The notes below the pieces were generated by a model, which did not search any database, was not told where the DNA came from, and saw nothing but the letters and a program-made list of their open reading frames with translations. Shown here in pieces: positions 56,336 through 64,000 of a stretch of 64,000 bases of DNA. This DNA is from Utricularia gibba. Its lineage: Eukaryota > Plantae > Magnoliophyta. The stretch is from the NCBI GenBank assembly GCA_002189035.1, contig NEEC01000014.1, forward strand, positions 1,240,001 through 1,304,000. The letters are read 5' to 3'. The stretch's first letter is position 1. Each line of letters starts with the position of its first letter. The position numbers and the translations under genes are program-made.

Positions 56336-56967
56336 TCAGGACTGATGAAGCAAACCTTCCAAATACATGTTGAGAAAGTACCTTCCGGTTGACAGTACAT
56401 CCAGTCTCTTCTCGCTCGGCTCGTACTTCCCTCTTCGTAGCTGATACCGGTGTGTTACTGCAGATATAGTATACGGTTGGCCTTCTATTGTCACGCTCTC
56501 CCCACATTGCAGGTTCTGTCAAGGCAATCCATCAGAAAGGTAACTAACAAGGTCCCAAGTATGATGACTATGCGGCCAATGGAATCCGATTACTCTACAG
56601 GTAGATAACCTCCAAAGAACGCATCTTTACATGAAAACATAAACACCCAAGACTTGCAAATCCAAATTAACAAAAACCTAGTTCAAATACCAAATATCGA
56701 TTTGTTCTGATTTATGCAGGGAAGAAAGTCGGATCTTACAGGGGGGAAGCATCGGGTGCCGAGGTTCTTGGGCGGTGGGGTGATCTCGATCACTTTGTAA
56801 GGGATTTGCTTTCTTTATCCCTTTTTCTGCACAGAATCGCTGGCGGAAACGGGGAGTGCTGCTGCAATCGGAATCAAAATCTCTTCAGCAAACCAGCAAG
56901 ATGAGAAGCTTCAGACTTCAAAATCTACCTTCCGCAACGCGGAAAACCCGCAGACTGATGTCGCCAT
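56336..56967 (-). CDS. Small conserved protein with transit-peptide-like N-terminus (At5g40500-like by recall), 3 exons; apparent 1-nt deletion at 56801-56803
   Basis: Exon 56967-56929 MATSVCGFSALRK; exon 56861-56740 QHSPFPPAILCRKRDKESKS/PYKVIEITPPPKNLGTRCFPP; exon 56515-56336 NLQCGESVTIEGQPYTISAVTHRYQLRRGKYEPSEKRLDVQSTGRYFLNMYLEGLLHQS*. Splice sites are canonical. Confidence 0.8.
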
Positions 56968-57189
56968 TGCTCAATCCGTTGTTGCACGACGCCGGATTCC
57001 TGGCCCCCGGATCACCGGATATTTTTTCTCGTTCGCCCGTTGCCATCCACAAGTTTGAATATATATAATTCGTACAAGAGAAAAATGCTCAAAAAAAACA
57101 ATTTTTCTGTGCCAACATTTTCAGGAAAGAAACAGACAAAAAGAAGCACACAAACTTGAAGACAGTCAAGTTGCAATTGTTGCATTTTC

Positions 57190-58806
57190 TTAATCTTTCA
57201 CTAGAACCAACTTTCCCTCCACAAACTCGCAACATTGGACGGCTACCCCAAGCTGTTTCTGCATCTTCTTCACTACAAAAACTTCTGGTTCTTCGCATAT
57301 GGTGAGAACTGTACCCTTGCGGCCAAGGCGTCCTGTGCGGCCGGCTCGGTGGGCGTAGTGAGTTGAATCAGTAGGAAGCTCGAGGTTAACCACAAGATCA
57401 CATTCTGCAATATCCAGCCCTCTGGCAGAAAGTTCATTGGTCACTAACACCCTTATATCGCCATTCCTGAACTTCTTCAGGATGGTCGACCTTGCGAGCT
57501 TGTTAAGATCGCCATGCAGCTCTGCAGCATTCAGTCCACGAGCTTCCAACTTGAAGACAGCATCTTTTAACTGTCTGTTGTGGTTCATGAATGCTATTAC
57601 ACACTTTGCATCAAGCGCATGTATGCATCTTCTAAGTGTGTCCACCTTGTGCTGTATTCTTGTCAAGGTGTAGTAGTGTGTGATAGAAGGCGGTAGGCTC
57701 TGAACTGGAGGATTCTGCGTCCCCATGTTTGCAGCGACATCAGAGCTGGTTGATGTTTCTGGCTGGTTCACCGGAGAGGGAACCCGGATGGAGTCAAGTG
57801 GAGTAATGTTGTTCGCTTGAATGAGAAGAGGATCACGACCCCAACTTCTTGCAGCTCGCATCACGGAAAATGGAACTGTTGCAGAAACCATTATCATCTG
57901 ACGCTGAGCTCGATTAGCCTGAGCACCATTGACCAGACCACCTGCACTAGATCTTCGACCAACATGCTCCAGTATACGATGCATATCCTCCCTAAAATTG
58001 AAAGCCAAAAGTTCATCCACCTCATCCAGCACAAGAAACTGACATCCATGTGTGTGAAGCTTCCCAGCTCTGTTAATCTCTGCAATCCGTCCAGGAGTTC
58101 CAACAACAATAACAGGCTTATTCTTCTTGATTGCATCTTCCTGCCTCGACTTGTTTGCACCTCCAACAAGTTGTTGCACCATTCTCTTATGTGTAGGTCC
58201 AAGTAGCTTCTCAACTTCCCTTACAATCTGCATCCCAAGCTCTCTAGACGGTGCTACTACCACAGCTTGTATATCCGTTTTGACACTAGCTTCATTATTC
58301 CCCTTAAAAGGACCAATCTTGGAGAGTATGGGGAGTAGGTAAGCCAGTGTTTTCCCAGAACCTGTATACGACTGAATAACAACATCATGATCCTTGAGGA
58401 CCACGGGAATGGCAGCAGCCTGAACATCAGTTGGAGTATTAAAACCTTCGGACTCCAACCTCTCAACCAACAATGGAGGAATATTAAGCTCAGAAAAAGA
58501 TTTCGCAGCAAATGGTGCTAATCCCAGTGCATCAACTTTGTCCTCACCTATTACTTTGGCTTCCCTTCTTCTCGTTTCCCCAGTTGACGAAATCCTCGGT
58601 TTCAACTTGCATTTTTCAACGCCACGAATAAGCTGGACGTCAGCCTCCGTGCCAAGACTTGCAAGAGAAAGCGGACCATTCTGATAGCACACCTTACGGA
58701 AGAACCGCGTTCTGCTGCAATGTGGAGCTAGAAGCGAAACTCCATAGCGTTTCCCCAACGATACACTACAACGAAGAAAGCACCTGCTTGAAGCCAAATT
58801 AGACAT
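57190..58806 (-). CDS. RH47: DEAD-box RNA helicase 47 (ISE1-like, mitochondrial), intronless CDS
   Basis: Q motif PTDVQ, QSYTGSGKT, PSREL, VGTPGR, LDEVDELL, SAT, TNELSARGLD, HRAGRTGR. Confidence 0.92.
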   Translation of the reverse strand: MSNLASSRCFLRCSVSLGKRYGVSLLAPHCSRTRFFRKVCYQNGPLSLASLGTEADVQLIRGVEKCKLKPRISSTGETRRREAKVIGEDKVDALGLAPFAAKSFSELNIPPLLVERLESEGFNTPTDVQAAAIPVVLKDHDVVIQSYTGSGKTLAYLLPILSKIGPFKGNNEASVKTDIQAVVVAPSRELGMQIVREVEKLLGPTHKRMVQQLVGGANKSRQEDAIKKNKPVIVVGTPGRIAEINRAGKLHTHGCQFLVLDEVDELLAFNFREDMHRILEHVGRRSSAGGLVNGAQANRAQRQMIMVSATVPFSVMRAARSWGRDPLLIQANNITPLDSIRVPSPVNQPETSTSSDVAANMGTQNPPVQSLPPSITHYYTLTRIQHKVDTLRRCIHALDAKCVIAFMNHNRQLKDAVFKLEARGLNAAELHGDLNKLARSTILKKFRNGDIRVLVTNELSARGLDIAECDLVVNLELPTDSTHYAHRAGRTGRLGRKGTVLTICEEPEVFVVKKMQKQLGVAVQCCEFVEGKLVLVKD

Positions 58807-59389
58807 AGCATCCAATTCCTCCTAACTGGGCTCTTAATCTCCGCACTGGCGATATGTTTCTACACGGTCGGCCTTCTATCTGCTCCCCACACTCCGTCAA
58901 CACAATCCACTCACACCGAGTAACATGATACGAACACTGAAATAGGGATACTACTCCAGTATAATGCAGATAACAGCATCACACTACGACCTTGCAGCCA
59001 ACAGAAAAGAAGATAACTTCCAAGGAAAACACCTTTACACGAAAACCCAACCGCTATAGATTTTCAAAGACGGAGTAAAGCGATTAGGGCAACGGAATCG
59101 AATCTTACCGGAGGAAGCAGAGAGTCCCTGGGTTCTTCGGCGGAGTCATATAATATCCATGAATTTTTTCCTTTTCACTTATAATCACCATTTTTTTAAA
59201 CAAAATAATTAAAAATACAACGTCATTATATAAACATTTTCAAACGCAAATTCAACAAATTAGGTAATTTTTAAAATATTTTTTGAAAATAGATCTATAT
59301 AGATTTAATACAAAAATATTTAAAAAGCCCATTAAATGAGCCGTAGGCCATCTTTATCAATTAACAAACTGGTTGTTCTCCTCAGCGTC

Positions 59390-59848
59390 ATGGGGTCTCT
59401 GCAGAGGAACTACATTTACAGCTGCAACTTATTCCTCAGAAAGGAAGCCGAACTACGCTTCCCGAGTGGCAAGCAATACCTTCCTAGAATCCTCGACCGT
59501 CTGAGAAGGGATCCTATCACTCCTCACTGCCTGATCTTGAAGAAAAACCAGGGGCAGTGAAGAGGGTGCTTTCTGCTGCAGAAGTCTCTTGTGGGGGCAT
59601 CTTCGTGCCTCTAGAGGAGACATTGGATTGCGTCTTCTGGCACTGGGATGAGCCCCTGGTTCGGAGCGTCGGCTATTTTGGGAACATTGGTGATGTGCAG
59701 GTAGGGGACGAGGATGGAAGGAGGTACGGTGGGTGGTTTTGGATGAGTAGGGAGGGGGAGCATGGGTTCTGTCGTGCTTGCAGATGATGTCAAGGCTGGT
59801 GACTGCATCGGGCTTCGTTGGAATCCTGCATGCAAAAGCTTTAGTTAA
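59390..59848 (+). CDS. Divergent single-B3-domain protein, broken by frameshifts (gene or pseudogene)
   Basis: Three successive frames give MGSLQRNY...LILKKN / AVKRVLSAAEVSCGGIFVP...VGDEDGRRY / GSVVLADDVKAGDCIGLRWNPACKSF*. These resemble B3 hallmarks KxLTxSDV..GRLxIP, DxDGxxW and W..FV...LKxGDxIxL. Confidence 0.6.
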
Positions 59849-61817
59849 GAGTCTTTTCTGTCGAACAAAAGTAGTTGCAGAAAGAAGGATGAAGTATCAC
59901 CATTTTTGTTTACAACTATAAAGGCATCACAGATCCTTAATCCAAAATCTAACACAACTCCAACCGTCATATCGTGTCTTTGTTCATCCGCACCATTATC
60001 TGACTTTGTTATGCTTCCACTATCTGAGCAACAACAGACATCCATATTAGCACAGTTCACGTAAACCAAAGAACATCACACGAACTCCACCAAATTGGGA
60101 GAAACAGAGGTAGCTTCAGATTATAACACATAAAAGGTTTTAGTCGAGGGATCGATGTTGACATTCAAATGTGTGTTATCCCCTACTCAAGTAAAATGAG
60201 AGCAAGCACATCGGGTAGGAAGCACTCTGCCATCAGAAGGGAGGGATATGTAGACAGATAATTTATCTCACTGTTCCATGCATTACAGGGAACTCAAAGC
60301 CCTTGCGCAGTTTCCCAAACATCATATGGCAGACAACAACATCAAGCAGGACATCCATAACAAAACTCAAAGGACATAAGTAACACGAATCCTGCCAAAC
60401 ACCCTCAAGATGCATCGAAGTTGGAAATCATATAAGAAAATGCTTCTTCTTTCACAACAAATCATTAAAAAGCAAAACATTGTAATTTATAGTAACAAAT
60501 ATAAAGCGCTTGAAATCAGAACCACCACATAAAGACGGCTTCTTTACATTCCACATAAGTGTCAAATAAAATGGTTCGGTGTCAACGCAGGGCAGCAGTC
60601 TAAAAGTGGTACAACCTTCAAGCTAACAGTTAAATCTTGGCGCAAGCAGTTTACTACAAGGTTCCAGAGTCAACCATTTACTCAAAGGAATCACGCCCAA
60701 GACAACAACGCACGTACTACAGCTTCATTATCACGCATAGATCAGAGCTGAAACGGCCTTTATCGACCCCGTGGGACTCCAACCCACACAGGGATTTGAT
60801 ATTTGAGGAACTACCATTTGCAGTCACCCAACTCAACGGATTGAAAATCCAGTTTCAAGACATCCACTAAACTGAGAAACTGTAATAGGACACGGCATTT
60901 TGTTTGAATGAAAACGATTCCCAAACGCATAAATCCGTCACTCCCCCTCCACAATTAGTACATTAAACCGAGAATCGGCATCGGGAAATGAAACCCCTCA
61001 TCGTCGCCGGCTCCACAATTTCCAGAAATGATGCAAAACTACCAGAAACAAACTAAACGCGCATAGGGCTCCTTTTACAGTATTGACGGCGTCGGAATCT
61101 TTAGGGCACCCGGCCCAAACCGGCACTCAGCCCATTTACAATTATTAAACATTCCATTTTTTTAATATACATAAACAATATATTATTTTACGAAATTAAA
61201 TCACACACAACACTACCTTACTCTAAAACCCAATGCAGACTTTTAATTTCATATAAATGAAATTAAACCAAGCCCTTATTAATTTTTAACAACACAACTT
61301 GAACTCCTGCTTAAGTCAAAATCTTTCGATTCGAGTACCCAACCCTAATTCCGACCCTCCAACAACCCCTTAAGTCAAAATCTTAAGGATATGTGGTACA
61401 TTGTCTTGGAAAAAAATCAATTTTGAAGTGATTCAAATTCGACCTCAAAGTCTTTTTATAAAAATTATTGAATTGAATTCGATAAATCATGGGTATGAGT
61501 TGAATCCATAGTACGTACTCAATGATTGTGATGCATCTAGTTTAGGGTTGGATTGGGAGACGTAAAGCATGCTTAGGACACCGTGGGCTTGTTATATGCA
61601 GAAAGTGATTAGTGGATGACGTGCGGCCCTAATTAAGGTGCTTAACAGACATAAGATGGGGATTAGGAAGTGGTTAGGTCAAAAGCACATCTTTTTTGAC
61701 GTGAAAATTAATGATTTAACACAAGTGATTCCTTATTTGTATTACGGGGTTAGGTCTATAAAGAGTTCCCACACTCTGCATTATCTTCTTCTTCTTCATC
61801 CCACCTTTTTCCCCCTT

Positions 61818-61845
61818 TCTCTCTCCCTCTCTGTCTCTCTCTCTG
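61818..61845 (+). repeat. Imperfect (CT)n microsatellite in the MYB 5'UTR
   Basis: tctctctccctctctgtctctctctctgt, between TATA-like tctataaa (~61756) and the ATG at 61867. Confidence 0.75.
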
Positions 61846-61866
61846 TAGCTAGGATTCTTGGTGGCC

Positions 61867-63693
61867 ATGGAAAGCAAATCGACAAACAAATCTGGGGACG
61901 TGGAGGTGCGGAAGGGGCCGTGGACGATGGAGGAAGATATGATTCTGATGAACTACATCGCGCACCATGGGGAGGGAGTTTGGAACAACCTCGCTCGAGC
62001 AGCAGGTAACTTTGTTCTTCCTGTGTCGTGATCTGTGTTTTTGTTTTCTTGTGTGTGGAAAACCCTAATCTAAGAAAACCCTAGTGGATGGACTTGAAAG
62101 AAAAACCCTAAACGCAGAGGTGTAAGTGTTTGGTAGGGCTTAAGCGCACCGGGAAGAGCTGCAGATTGCGATGGCTGAACTACCTCCGGCCGGATGTTCG
62201 CCGGGGAAACATCACGCCGGAGGAGCAGCATTTGATCATGGAGCTCCATGCCAAGTGGGGAAACAGGTAACACTTATTACAGTTTTTTGCTCGAATATGG
62301 TTCGAAATGAGACGTACATGCGTAATACCAACCCTTCACAAAAAGGGACAAGCTCCAAGAATAGCAAGATAGCAGTAAAGCAAGAAAAAAACCATCATAT
62401 GCACAACACATGAATATTAACATTAGCCTACCTCTTGCTGTCTCCCCCAAAATAACCTGGTTTTCATCTTCCCTGTAAAACAGTAAATTCTCGCTCTGTA
62501 ACTCACCCTAAAGCTCTGATCTTTTGGTCTGAGCAAGAAGGGCGGTTTCGGAATACACAAAAAGTCAAGGGTATCACTAGGAAAATGGAGGAGTATCCAA
62601 AGAAATGGGGTTGAGGGGATAGAGTTTTTCTATATCGGGAAGAACCCCTTTGCAAAGAGTCACATGCACAACTCTTCTTTAACTCGAAACAGAAGCCTCC
62701 AGTTGCCTCTTTGGTATTATGAACAAGACGTCTGCCTTACTACTTGTCTCTTCGTCTTTCGTAATCACCTACTTAACCTTAATTAATCACTAATAGGATC
62801 ACAAACATCTTCACCAAAAAGAAAAAAGAGAAACAAGTACCTTTTCCATTTCCCCTCAGATAAAAGAAACCCCAAGTCTGCAGTTTTCTTTCCCCATATA
62901 CAGACACCAGTAAGTACCTGGAAACAGAGTGATTTCCATGGGCAGCTTCGAAAACACTGCACTAATAGCCTTTACCATGAGTCTTAGATGGAAAAAGGGG
63001 CAGGATTAACCTGAGTTGGAAACCGTACTAAACCTGCAAAACCAGCAAAGGATGTGGGAAACTCAATTTTTTTTTTCAGAGAAAGTGGGAAACTGAAAAC
63101 TGGGCATCGGAGAATCGAACTTTGTTGCAGAGAAAAGGAGTAGGGGATTAGATTTTGGAGAACCTGAGTTCCGTATGTGTGTGTTATATATGTGTGTGCA
63201 GATGCCATCGCTGTGGATTTCCAGCCACACCACGTGGTGCTTTCATCCACATTGAAAACGTGCTGAAATGACTTCAATGCAAATACTTTTTCATTTATTT
63301 GTTAGATATAGAGCCCCTGCCTATTATAAATTCCCACCCAGTTGCACTGTGAAGCTGTTGTTCTTGAATTTCTTCGCAAGGTGGTCGAAGATCGCGAAGC
63401 ACCTCCCGGGGAGAACCGACAACGAGATAAAGAACTTCTGGAGGACCCGCATCCAGAAGCACATGAAGCAGGCGGAGCTCACCGGTGCCGCTCTGAATAA
63501 CCAGGCCAGCACCAGCACCCTCTCCGGCGGCGCCCCCGCCGAACTCCCCATCCTGGAGACGTACTCCCCGACGTCCTACACCGGGAGCGTCGGGGCGGCG
63601 TTCCCGGAGGGCCAGTTCCCCATCGACTCCTCGGAGGAGCAGCTCTGGAGCATGGACGATTTCTGGTCCATGAACCTCCTCAACGGGGACTGA
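61867..63693 (+). CDS. R2R3-MYB of subgroup 19 (MYB305/MYB21/MYB24/EOBII-like), 3 exons
   Basis: [11 protein letters not shown]...[39 protein letters not shown]...[37 protein letters not shown]-terminus [15 protein letters not shown] resembles the MYB305 tail. Confidence 0.93.
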
Positions 63694-64000
63694 AAGTACG
63701 GAGAAATGGAGCAAAAGTGTGTTGATTTGGGGGTGAGGAATTTGACTGCCTATGTCCAATGTTGTTTACCTTATCTATTATCTCCTACATACATGAATTT
63801 ACATAATATATTGGACAATAATGTGCATATGGAATGATAAAGTGTGTTTGATCATATACTACTTACTAGGTTTTTCCCCTTTTCTAAATGACTCTTTTTT
63901 AATCATCCTAAAAATAATTTTAAATGGTATTCTGAAAAATTTTTAAAATCTATTTTTACTTTTCAAAAGTAAAAATAGTTTTGTTTTAGAATACTTTTAA

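Noticed and set aside
59701-59783. GTAGGG...TTGCAG as an intron in the B3 gene
   Set aside because: The segment is G-rich rather than AT-rich, and splicing it out does not give the B3 C-terminal frame.
60740-60830. tRNA T-arm-like GTGGGTTGGAGTCCCAC on the minus strand
   Set aside because: No D-arm, anticodon arm or full acceptor stem, so it is not a tRNA gene.

Overview
Eukaryotic (eudicot plant) nuclear DNA, very gene-dense: about 24 protein-coding loci in 64 kb, with short introns and intergenic gaps as small as ~220 bp. This suggests a miniaturised asterid genome, possibly Lentibulariaceae-like (inference). In order: TRM/LONGIFOLIA-like (partial), FCP1-homology HAD phosphatase, SOUL haem-binding protein, IRX14, DUF247, BTB-TAZ (BT), PMT methyltransferase, PLS-E PPR, DCD protein, uridine kinase-like, At3g27210-like, TPLATE, LBD, LHT1-like, AUG6, PP2A B', RING E3, SDH2, a decayed GBBH-like_N/DUF971 gene, KCR1, a small plastid-type protein, RH47/ISE1, a B3-domain gene and a MYB305/MYB21-type R2R3-MYB. 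Three loci are essentially invisible in the ORF track and were rebuilt by hand: the DUF971 gene, the small plastid-type gene and the B3 gene. At least eight single-base deletions at G/C runs break seven genes, most likely long-read consensus errors. Three GC-AG introns were found. No rRNA, intact tRNA, CRISPR array or intact transposon was found, and I found no convincing new multi-gene system. Family names and Arabidopsis locus IDs come from recognition and recall, not database searches.
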